Source of the DNA: Phoronis australis
Taxonomy: Eukaryota > Animalia > Phoronida
NCBI GenBank assembly: GCA_002633005.1
Contig: NMRA01000176.1
Location: 62,001 to 126,000 of the forward strand
DNA: 64,000 nt
Direction of reading: 5' to 3'
Shown one piece after another: positions 37,401-45,820 of this stretch. The notes under the pieces were generated by a model, which made no database searches, was not told the origin of the DNA, and saw only the letters and a program-made list of their open reading frames with translations. Each line of letters starts with the position of its first letter. Positions within the stretch are counted from its first letter, which is position 1. Both the position numbers and the translations under genes were made by a program.

Positions 37401-38792
37401 ATGTAACGGGCAAGGTGACGTGTCGGTTGATTCCCAGATTTTGCTTGCACCCTGTCCGGTCTTTAGCTTTACATGTTGATACAAATTTCACGGTGAAGTG
37501 ATGAGCAGAACTACCTTGGCTGTATGCAATTTCGGGGTCTATGGAAGATTAACACACAGTGGTACCTAGCTGTATGTTGACGACAGTTTTCATACAGCTA
37601 GCTGGCAAGTAGGCAATGACCATCGCCTCTGTTGGCCCGAAGCAGAGGCGATGTAGAGGCTATAGGCGCTCTGTACGCCGGAAGCTTTTCGGCGAATTAT
37701 GCCTCGCACCGACTAAACCATCAAAGTCACGTTGTTACAAATACCTTTTGCGCATAGAGGAACACCTTAGGAGGTTGTCGATGTGTTTAATCCCTTCCAA
37801 CTCGAACAAATACTCCCGTTATGAAACTTTTTCTTCGAGCAGTCCCTATTTCAGTTCCCAAAATCGTGAACTCAACTTTTTCATTTTTTTAACCAGGCCG
37901 AAGGTCAGAAGTTGCGGACCTACCGGCGAACTTTGAAAGCTGAAGTTCCCGCCCTTCGCGTACGTGCTGCCGGGAACCAGCCGTGCATTTGCCGCGTTGT
38001 TAAACATTAAAATGTCAAATATGTGCAAAAAGANTTCAATCAACTGTTCTTTCACGAGGTTGCGTACACGTCACAATAAATTATCAGAACTGATTTCACT
38101 TCATTATAAGTTTTAAGAATTTTGATACCAGGAAACCGAATTTCAGGAGAAACTTTGCTGATGCCAAGCTATCATCATCTCCTGAGTCTGAGAGATGTAG
38201 CAAAAATTTAGGAAATGGTGTGTGCGCGTGTTACGAGCGTACTGTTTTCGAAACAACATAATAACTTTTCCTTGTTAGAAAAGGCTGAGGATTATGGAAG
38301 AAAATGACATTTATTAGATTGTTTTTCACTTAAATGGCTGCAACATACAGATGTAACGGGCAAGGTGACGTGTCGGTTGATTCCCAGATTTTGCTTGCAC
38401 CCTGTCCGGTCTTAAGCTTTACATGTTGATACAAATTTCACGGTGAAGTGATGAGCAGAACTACCTTGGCTGTATGCAATTTCGGGGTCTATGGAAGATT
38501 AACACACAGTGGTACCTAGCTGTATGTTGACGACAGTTTTCATACAGCTAGCTGCTAGCTGGCTGGCAAGTTGAGACGGTGCCATGACACTGCCACTGTT
38601 TGACAGTTTGTGTTGTGAGGCGCATGCTTCTACCGTCAGTTCACACTCAATTTACAGTTCTCTAGACATTTGATCACAGCCACAACCCACCTTCAGATTA
38701 TTCTTTTTTAAAAACTGTAAAACAGCCAGTAGTGTTTGTTTATCGGCAATTACGCCTTCACTTTTCGATGCCTGCTGACCGGTGTCCGCCAT
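13478..38792 (-). CDS. TAF5: TFIID subunit 5 (LisH, NTD2 and WD40 propeller). Exons in transcript order: 38691-38792, 34037-34149 (duplicate at 35853-35965), 33154-33232, 30005-30083, 29699-29822, 28765-28883, [one exon not found], 22467-22570, 21690-21781, 20361-20480, 19555-19700, 18920-19139, 17247-17358, 16254-16422, 15914-16036, 14698-14794, 13478-13592
   Basis: Hallmark TAF5 peptides: [146 protein letters not shown] and C-terminal [18 protein letters not shown]. All introns are GT-AG. The visible exons total 1914 nt and stay in frame. Confidence 0.96.
13748..14047 (+). mobile_element. ~300 bp inverted-repeat-bounded element with a tRNA-derived head and a hammerhead-like core (SINE/Penelope-like), in the last TAF5 intron
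   Basis: Inverted repeat ACTATTATTAAAGTCTCTTGGTCTA (from 13748) versus TAGACCAAGAGATTTTAATAATAGT (to 14047), 24/25 identical and extending to ~36 bp. tRNA-like segment 13798-13880 has A box TGGTGTAGTGG and a degenerate B box GGCTCAAATCC. CTGATGA...CCGAAACGTC lies at 13958-13988. Confidence 0.65.
13958..13988 (+). ncRNA. Minimal hammerhead ribozyme-like motif, probably degenerate
   Basis: CUGAUGA-U-GG[GCGGAGAAUGA]CC-GAAAC-GUC with a loopless palindromic ACGU stem III, the form known from Penelope-associated dimeric hammerheads. Stem I is weak. Confidence 0.45.
14554..14657. repeat. 37 bp tandem repeat, ~2.8 copies
   Basis: AGTAAATAAATATTGAACAAGCCATACCATTATACAA starts at 14554, 14591 and 14628. 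Confidence 0.9.
15020..15097 (-). mobile_element. Degenerate tRNA-derived SINE head
   Basis: The minus strand reads GTCAGTGTAGCTTAGTGGGTTGAGCGGCCGCCTCATGCTCTCAAGGTCG..., with A box TAGCTTAGTGG and a tRNA-like layout but no intact T arm. Confidence 0.4.
16521..16878. mobile_element. P-element-like MITE
   Basis: Termini CATAGACTATA ... TATAATCTATG, flanked by GTCACAG / GTCACAA (7 bp TSD with 1 mismatch). CANRG ends with 7-8 bp TSDs are typical of the P superfamily. Confidence 0.6.
17936..18435 (+). mobile_element. PIF/Harbinger-type MITE, subfamily A
   Basis: TIR GGGCTGTTCCAGTAAAATCTGTATGGGAGGGGG ... CCCCCTCCCACACAGATTTTGCTGGAACAGCCC, with TAA/CAA flanks. Confidence 0.8.
21061..21325 (+). mobile_element. 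Tc1/mariner-type MITE
   Basis: TA|CAGTACCCACCAAAAGTA ... TACTTTTGGGTAGTACTG|TA. A second degenerate copy follows at about 21410-21665. Confidence 0.7.
22772..23312 (-). mobile_element. PIF/Harbinger-type MITE, subfamily B, truncated at the N at 22771
   Basis: Reverse complement of 30698-31272. Ends in ...GCTGGAACAGCCC|TTA. Confidence 0.8.
24399..24555 (-). mobile_element. Small G/C-run MITE (CAGTGGC(A/G)GA-type ends); related copies at 44039-44144 (+) and ~49080-49194 (-)
   Basis: The three copies share ...GGCCCCC(C)TTG..CCCC..CTAAATCTGCCACTG ends and TCGCACCC(C)GAA cores. Confidence 0.55.
25577..27241 (+). CDS. Intronless TRIM-NHL-like E3 ubiquitin ligase (RING, one B-box, Ser/Thr-rich linker, NHL repeats), 554 aa, nested antisense in a TAF5 intron
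   Basis: C3HC4 RING CVIC...[10 protein letters not shown]...CPTC. B-box1 CDNC...[16 protein letters not shown]...H. NHL repeats such as [35 protein letters not shown]. The 1665 nt ORF is uninterrupted, with AATAAA at 27256. Confidence 0.9.
   Translation: MNFSDMSGTELVSSIAGNFLCCVICTEKYDKPRVLPCQHSFCENCLESYIVANEFWDTLPCPTCREHANIPRQGASGFPMNHYIVGLADCVGSYTSQADDTEHLCDNCFDLGERNTPIVYCSVCGHSLCDICQKAHQRLRATRSHLTTSFLGSIKKNATITDSAKGSQKTNEVASSQSETITIGSVQSSHSSSGVKNTHIETTSTTYRNTNEVMGLSDNGAGNTQPENITTTAVQSSQLSPGAINNCGRTPSTTIASSSCSSHTVQGAQSTWYVPLKPRVTQAELKETIRVCSGDSDIWDISLDTDGDIYIVDIEGERVRKYNVDERSEKNFATSGRNRVRNPYHVACTTDGKVAILQSDDSVKVFSKAQTFVNKFGKFLDSHGLAVNSRNQIVTVEQGKCHIYEQEGSVVRSFSLRPLPEWCGAYIATDNQNNVIISFSLLHMVQAFTENGQLLWSYGSEGSGIGQLKNPRGVCVDRYDNILVADSGNHRVTMLSATGQFQRNLIRCSDDTFFPSGITVDRSDHLLVASRYQGRILVYDYLSFDELPGSNAAT
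27281..27526. repeat. 41 bp minisatellite, 6 copies, just downstream of the TRIM stop codon
   Basis: Unit TTTTATAAACATTTATTCCACATATTGCTACATCATAAATC. CATATTG recurs at 27301, 27342, 27383, 27424, 27465 and 27506. Confidence 0.95.
30698..31550 (+). mobile_element. PIF/Harbinger-type MITE, subfamily B, complete (contains an N gap at 30933-30977)
   Basis: TGA|GGGCTGTTCCAGCAAAATCTG ... GGATTTTACTGGAACAGCCC|TGA: 3 bp TSD and ~30 bp TIRs. Confidence 0.85.
33448..36340. repeat. Near-identical ~1.08 kb duplication (33448-34524 and 35268-36340) that includes TAF5 coding exon 2
   Basis: The copies differ by a few SNPs and a 4 bp indel. The first copy ends at the N at 34525. Confidence 0.9.
34526..35050 (-). 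mobile_element. PIF/Harbinger-type MITE, subfamily A, truncated by the N at 34525
   Basis: Reverse complement of 17936-18350. Ends ...ACTGGAACAGCCC|TAA. Confidence 0.8.
37085..38571. repeat. Near-identical ~530 bp duplication (37085-37610 and 38035-38571) in TAF5 intron 1
   Basis: Both copies start TTCAATCAACTGTTCTTTCACGAGG. The second begins right after the N at 38034. Confidence 0.9.
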
Positions 38793-39002
38793 TACGGAAA
38801 ATGTACTAAACGATTAAGTTATTTTCGTTTTAAAAATTATCTAATACTATATAACTGGTCGTTTTTCAGGTTTCACTATGGTGTATAATATAATTTGTAT
38901 AATTGCATAAATATTATATTTGAGCTTTAACAAAAATTCGTATAGCTGTTATTTTATCGAATTCCGGTTCTAGACGTTCTCTTTTATCAGCCATCTTGTT
39001 AG
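38793..39002. promoter_or_regulatory. Bidirectional TAF5/RPL41 promoter with a TCT/5'TOP initiator and RPL41 non-coding exon 1 (~38979-39002)
   Basis: The TAF5 ATG is at 38790-38792 (-). The pyrimidine initiator TTCTCTTTT at 38977-38985 is followed by GCCATCTT (YY1-like) and a donor AG|GTGAGT at 39002/39003. Confidence 0.7.
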
Positions 39003-39124
39003 GTGAGTGTCGAGGCAAGTTATTCCTATAATTGAATCCGTTGAAATCTTTCACATTTAGGTACCTCAGTATTTAGTTATTGTTGAACTATTTTGTTTTT
39101 TATTTCAGGTTTACTTAAGACAAG

Positions 39125-41253
39125 ATGCGAGCTAAGGTAAGCTCATTTTAGTAGTTTATTTTTGATACGAAGTGCTGGCCTTCATTTGCATGGTTGAGCG
39201 AGTATCGAACTGCACAATTCTGTTTTACTTTTAAGTTGTTTGCGAAAAGTAGTCAACCAACAGATTGTGTATTTCGCTGTGAAGTTTAGCATTTGTTATA
39301 GACGCTGGCAATTTTTAGTAATGTGTTCGCTTTTGGTCGATGCATGCGATTCGTGAACCTAAACTGAAATGAATCCATAAAATTTGGAAGACAGATCACT
39401 GGATCCTAGTTTTTGCTTAGGGACGTAGGATTGGTAACCATCCTTTGACATTGGAAAGTTATTTCCAGCTACCAGAGGTTGTGTAAAAATGTACTGTAGT
39501 TTAATTATCAGGACCCTCGCTCACCCGAGCCCGAGGGGGAAATTGGCTTTTTTCTGTTAAGAAAACTTGTAAGCGCCGACATTCTGCGTGAGCTGAAGTG
39601 ATTCTAACCTCAATGTTTTCATATCGCAGAGATTTTTGGATCTGAGTAGGCACATTTTCTGTGATGTTTCAATATTTTTCGAGGGTGAATTGAGCCCCAA
39701 GAACGAGTCTTTTCTCTCATTCCAAAATTTGTCTTCATGGCATCAGTGCATCAAGTCCAAAAATGGAGGCAGTTTTATTAAATTTCGAGCCATGTAGTCA
39801 CATTAAAACATTCAATTCCGTGCTTAAATTAATTAAAACCAGTGATGACTGTTACTCAATGACCCGTGTATTTTCTGAAACTGACGGCTTGGAAGTTAGA
39901 AATTGGTGGTGTACGGTGGCGGCATGATTATGTTGCCTATAGCAAACACTGCTTTATTAAAGGCACTTCTATTTTGTTTTTTGTACTGTCGGAAAGATGT
40001 GTTAGAGATTGTATGACATTGTTTCTATTTCTTTTTAGTGGAGAAAGAAGCGTATGCGCAGATTGAAACGCAAGAGGAGGAAGATGAGGGCGAGGTACGT
40101 GTTCCTACAGTCAACTTAATGTTCTAGGTCCACATTGAGTTTCTTTTGATGGGTCACAATTTTTAGAGACAGTTCTGTCCAATGAATAGTGGACGTTCAT
40201 TCTTTGATTGGCAGGGGTGTATTGATAGTGTTCTCCACTGATTTTCTATTGAGTAGAGATTTTGCTATGATGATTTGTCCCATGGGACCAGGTAAAGGTA
40301 AAAAAGGATTTAGTCTGTTGCATGTAGCAGTAGTTAATGGCATTGGGCACCAGTCAGGTGTATGATGTAGTTTGGGTGAATGTGACTCCACTCGTCTAGT
40401 CACAGTTCCACACTTTGCTAATTGAGCTAAAAGTCATTGTAGAAGAGTATTTTGGGATATTTAGCTGACACAGTCGCTGGGCATGTTTTCAGTTATACTT
40501 TCGAATGTCTCGAAGCCATGATCGGGTGTCTGTCATTTCTTATAAAATCACAAGATCAATCTGTCTTACCCAACAGTAATAAATCCGAATAAGGTGTTTT
40601 TTTCCTTGATTCGCGATTGTGTCCTTACAGAGAGAGCACTGGTGTTTTGTGAACCAATTTCTTTCATTAGGCAATCAGTGTTGTGCACCTTAAATCAGTG
40701 GTATTCTCCATCTTGGTCCTGTTGACATTATACACAGGGGTGCTACACATAAACTTAATGGCTATTTCACACCCTGTTTTGACTTGCTGTGACAAGGGGT
40801 CTGTATTTCTTGCTCCAAATATGGCTCAACTGTAGCCTGGTTGAAAAGCAATGTAGAAAGTTAGGACTCGTGGGATTTTAAGTCGTGCGTCCCAATTTAT
40901 TCATGCTTGACACAAGTTTAATGTAGGAACCCCCATGCTTAATGATGCTAGCTTGTCTGCGTGGTCATGTCAGTGTTGCAATGTGTAAGTGAATTAAGTA
41001 ATTGCTCTTGAGTTTAATTTTTCTGAGTTTTGAACACTGAGGGGCTTGAGTTCCTCTTCACATTTCAGAGTACTTGTTGATTGGAGTCCATTCACCTCAC
41101 TTGTGACAAATCTAGTCAGCCTCCTTCAAGTACAAACTTGACATAGCTAATTCAGTTATTCACGCATGTCACAGGCCCATCAAACTCGTGATAGAAATTT
41201 CCAAGCTTTTTGTCAGTTTGTTGATAGTTGTCTCCCATTGCAGGTCTAAGTAG
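39125..41253 (+). CDS. RPL41: Ribosomal protein eL41 (RPL41, also called eS32), 25 aa; coding exons 39125-39136, 40039-40094, 41244-41253
   Basis: ATG CGA GCT AAG|gtaag ... ttttag|TGG AGA AAG AAG CGT ATG CGC AGA TTG AAA CGC AAG AGG AGG AAG ATG AGG GCG AG|gtacg ... ttgcag|G TCT AAG TAG gives [25 protein letters not shown], the canonical eL41 peptide. Confidence 0.96.
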
Positions 41254-41632
41254 AGCTCTCGACTTCTTAGCTGTCGTAAGGGGAGGAAACTCAATGTAAC
41301 ATCAGACGGAACTGGGACGGAAATCTATGCATAGTCATGGCTGAGGACAGTGTGTACAAAACACCAGATGGTGGTGATGATGATGATGATGATGATGATG
41401 AATATAGCACAATGGTGCGAAAGCAAACATTTTCTTTGTAAAGAAGAACATGGAACTGTCTCAAGACTGTTCATAGACTGAAGTGATCAATGTTTGAACG
41501 CTGCAAGGAGTTCAATTTAATGCCTGTGTGTTGATTGAGTTACCAGAAGTTATCTGGGTTTACCAAGTGTTCTTAACGTTATGAGATTCTGATCTACGAC
41601 TGCTCGTTCCGAGAGTGTAAATACCTTCTTGT

Positions 41633-41638
41633 AATAAA
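41633..41638 (+). terminator. RPL41 polyadenylation signal
   Basis: First AATAAA after the stop codon (~380 nt downstream), followed by GT-rich sequence. Confidence 0.65.
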
Positions 41639-43395
41639 GTTGTTAAACTTAAAGGTGTCTTGCATTCTAAAGCCCTTGCCATCTTTGAAAAGCATTGTTT
41701 TGTGGTGGAACTTAAGTCAAAAAATGTTTTCTTCAATAGAACAAGTTCCTACTTCCTAGTTAAACGTGACTGGTAATCATCCACTAATTGTGCACAAAAA
41801 TGGTTGCCAAAATTCAATGGTTACTTGGCTGCAAATAACGGAAACTTCACCAAATGTTATGACATTACTGCTCAAGCTATGGTTTTTTTTATTTTTGTGA
41901 TGAAATTTGACAAAGTAGAATTTCACTTGCTGTTCAATGGTTCTAAATTACATTGGCAAATTAACACCAGTGTATAGGCGAAGTGTCCTGTTTGGGGTGT
42001 AACTGTGGGGAATGATCTTTGTAATGTGAGAGGCAAAATGGTGTAGGCCTACTTGTCCCACTTCCATGGGGTACCGTAGCATAGAAGATTGGGTATTGTC
42101 ATTGGCCTTCAAGTCTTGAACAGTTAAGTTCATCGGGATTGGCTGAACTCCCAAGTTCGAACCCTCGGCGGAGGGTTGAGACGGCCGTTCCTTCCAGATG
42201 ATCTAAATTCGTAAGTGTTCTAGGCATCTACTAAAAGGGGTGCTGTAGTTGCACTGGAATTTTTTGGTCTGGTTTTGGAAGTTCACTTTATAACCGAATT
42301 TCGTTCTGATTTGTCTCAAGTTCGTGGTAATTTGAAGCGGCTTCCTCGGGCGGAGTTAATGGTTATGTTTTGGGCAAAAAAACGTGGGAAGTCAAGTGAC
42401 CGTGAATTAGCCTAGTCTCCTGTACAGACCCTCTAAATTGATTAGGTATCCGTGTCGTTAGCGTGTGAGGCCCGGGAACGAGGTTAGAATTGGCCTCATC
42501 GCGCTACGCTATGCGTGACAAAGTAGCAAGAAAAGAGCGGCCAATAGGCGGCAGCAGTATTTTGAACATCGCCAACAGCAAGAGTACGGGTGTTGCTCGC
42601 CTCTGGGGATTCTAGCATTGACGTAGTAGACGAAAGTCGGCTAAGCCTAGCAAGCCTTCTCGTACATTTGATCTTTTGACTTGGTGTGGTCAGAGTGATG
42701 TCTTGTGGGGACTGTAGCCAACTCCCCACCCTGCTGAGTACGTAAAATAACCATGTTGTTTGAAAGACTTTATTTAAAATCTGTGGAAAACAAAACAAAA
42801 GTATTCGGTGACGGCAGCACGCTCATTCGATACAATTCGTGATTTTCCGTACGACGTTAATGTACCTAATACGTACTGTACAAGATGACGCGACACGGAA
42901 AAGGGCGAACGAGCTTGGTTGGAAAAATCACAATAAACGTAAGAAACAACGGAAGACATACATTATACACAAAACAGTGCAAAGAAACCTCACAGAATAG
43001 TCAGACATGAAAAGTAGCTAAAAAGTAGCTAAGATTCACAAACGACGGCAGCTACAAAAAAACACCTTCCCAAACAACTAAGATCAAGTAAAAGATTGCT
43101 GTGTCATATAAAACATCGATTTTATACTGAACAGTGGCTATGCACATGCATAAAATGAGCAAAATGTTCAAATTTATAATGGCATTATGGCAACAAACTG
43201 ATGAAACTTGTATTAACAGATCAGTTGCAGATTGTTTCACTGAGTCACAAACTGATTATCCTGTCATTATGACAACCATTGGTGAGCGGATTGTTAGATT
43301 TTTGAATTTCTGCAACTAAACCGATAATACTCGGCCAGTTTATCAACCCCAAAGAACAAAATTTCTAGTGATGCGCCAAAATACATCCGCGCCTT

Positions 43396-45820
43396 CTAAT
43401 GTGTTGGCGAGCGACTAGCTGTTCCGAAGGGCGACGGCCCAGGGGTCCATCGCAGCCACGGTGTGTTCCGCCTGTATCCAAATTGACCGTTCCAGCCTAC
43501 CACAGGTTTGACGCCTTTCATAAATTGAGCATGTCCGTCTACTGTCTCGGGGCAGTGTCCTGTAAAAACACATATACTTGCATTTTAGAATCGTTTACAA
43601 ACAAAAAAACCCGAAGGAGGGCTTTAGGAGCATCGGTCACCGGGTGGCAAGAGCATCTCGTCCACGCGTTGGCTTCTATTGTACCAAACATGTAGTGGAA
43701 ATCGTTGACATTTCCAAAGTCCGCAAATAGTTCAGTCGGCAAAGAGAGCTCAGTAGACAGAGATGCAGAAGAAAATGAAGCTGGAGTATCAAAAGGAGAA
43801 ATGGTTCAGCGGCTTCGTAGCAGTGTTTTGTTGGTGCACCACAGTACAAGTTAACGCCACGTTTTTCGTCTGGAAATGCTACATCGGATTATAAGCCTCT
43901 TAAGTAGGCAAATGATCTGACCAGATCAAAGTAAGGTAAATAAGAGGAGCGAACTGGTAAATTATCGTGCTCTAAACAGCTCTAGAAGCATTAAAAATTG
44001 TCCATTTTTAGTTCCGCTGCCTTGTTTGCCGACCGTTACAGTGGCGGAATTAGAGGGGAGCCAAGGGGGCCATGGCCCCCTAAAATTCTCCCAGATTGGG
44101 CAGTTCGGGGTGCGAATATCTAACGGGCTAAATCGCCGCCCCTGCGTTAGCCTGTTCACAAAATAAACACACTTCAGAACTGTATCTAGAGCTGGACGAA
44201 AGCTAATCACCCATTCATTTTTTAGATGATTTTTAGTCCTTGGTTATTTCCCCTCATTTTATACATGTTTTGAAGTTTCTCAATGACCAGAATTAAGGCA
44301 TGACAGGAAGGACAGTACCGATTCCTTAGCGACGGTCGCTGCCCGGGCACTCCTATATTTTTAATTTCTGCTACTTTTTTGTGCACGCGATTTTAGGAAT
44401 GATTTTTCGCAATAAATGACTAACAGGTGGCGTCTCGTGCATGACCTCATTTTGTCTCACAAACATCAAATGATTTGCTTGATTCCTTTCGTGAATTTCC
44501 TCATCTCATCAAAAGAATCCTCGTTAATTGTAATAAAACGTTTGACGTTCTGTGATGAAAATCTGAAACTAAACGAGGCCTAACGCGTAAAATGCATCTT
44601 TATTGTCCATCTTAATTGTGTTTGTTTTTATTTTATCAGTATCCGGTATTACTAATATCATAACACGTTTATCATTATCATCGTCTCACCTGCTCCGTGT
44701 TGATTCCTAAGTTGCAGATACTGAAATCCCGCACCGCGAGCGTGAAATCTGTCCATCGCCTCGCCCTCTATTGAGCAGCCGGGATCATCCTGCGGATATA
44801 AGAGGTTGGGCACATTTATCACAAGTGATTACCGCCCACTCGGCTGCGGTGTACTCTGTAGTGAGCAACAGACTTTGGTTCATAGGCCCATTCGGGACAC
44901 GAACTTTCAGCAATAAACTGACCCCACCGGTAACTATAGGGAATTATAAAGGTGCGGATGCATGATCGAGGCCACAAACAGAGTTCTCGGCGTAAATTCC
45001 AGGGATCTTGATCAGTGGCGTACATAGTATAGGTTCATGTTGGATTATCGTCGCCGTGAAGGGATATCTGAAAATCCCTGGTCCTGAAGCGTATCTGAAC
45101 CATTCGCTAGAACGCAGCATGCCATCAAGTGAGTGATTGACGGCAGATTTGCACCCTACACTCTGTTGCTAAGTGTCGATACGGAAAGCCCACTGATATT
45201 CTTAATAAAGGCATTAACCATTAATAACATATTAGGTCTCTTTCACAATTGCGCTGCGACAACAGAACAATTGCTCAGAGGCCTCAAGGGATTAACTCCG
45301 TGCTTAATGGCCATCACGGTCAATAACGTTGATTACTGAAATCTAATACAGATTATGTCCATGGAGGAATCAAATTCACAGAAGCGATGAGACTGAATTT
45401 AAAGGCAACGAAATGTAAAATACACTCGACAAAATAAGCCAACATTTTGTAACTGCAATACAATGCACATTAAGGTAGAGCTCTAGACGGCTTGAAGCAA
45501 AAAACACAGCACACTAATTAATGAAAGAAAAGTTTTTATAAACACACCTGTCCAGTTTTTTGTAATGTCTTGTCAACGCCGTAAAAACCGAAGTAATTTT
45601 TCACGTGAACGTCATTTTGTGAATTGTAGGGAGGAACTACCGGGCCCAGTTTTGGATGAGATTTCGCGTAGTCTGTTGCTATGGAGCTTGTAGCCTTGCA
45701 GTCGAGGACGAATCCTTTCTCTTTCTCCAGCATCGTTTCCGGATCCGGTGTTCGAGGACATCTGTAGATCTTGTTGTGGCGCGGGAAGGGGTTCTCTAGA
45801 GATTTTTTCTTTTCTGGCAT
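43396..45820 (-). CDS. SPMAP1: C17orf98/SPMAP1-like (DUF4542) ciliary/sperm microtubule-associated protein, 178 aa; coding exons 45548-45820, 44690-44789, 43396-43559
   Basis: Spliced frame MPEKKK...EKEKGFVLDCKATSS...PKLGPVVPPYNSQNDVHVKNYF...LQKTGQ/DDPGCSIEG...GAGFQYLQLRNQHGA/GHCPETVDGH...GWNGQFGYRRNTPWLR...TH*. The EKGF(V/I)LD, PPYN, YLxxRNxxGAGH and GYRRNTP motifs match C17orf98 as I recall it. Phases are consistent (537 nt). Confidence 0.8.
44039..44144 (+). mobile_element. 106 bp MITE with CAGTGGCGG / CCGCCCCTG ends
   Basis: Short TIRs, with CGTTA on both flanks. Related to 24399-24555 and ~49080-49194. Confidence 0.55.

Noticed and set aside
41948-42210. Exon-like open frame on the minus strand (IIWKERPSQPSAEG...PMEVGQ) with AG/GT borders
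   Set aside because: No recognisable homology and no partner exons found, so it cannot be supported without transcript data.
44819-45120. GC-richer intronic ORF inside the SPMAP1-like gene as an extra exon
   Set aside because: The flanking exons already join in frame into a family-typical protein, and this ORF has no clear splice sites or homology.
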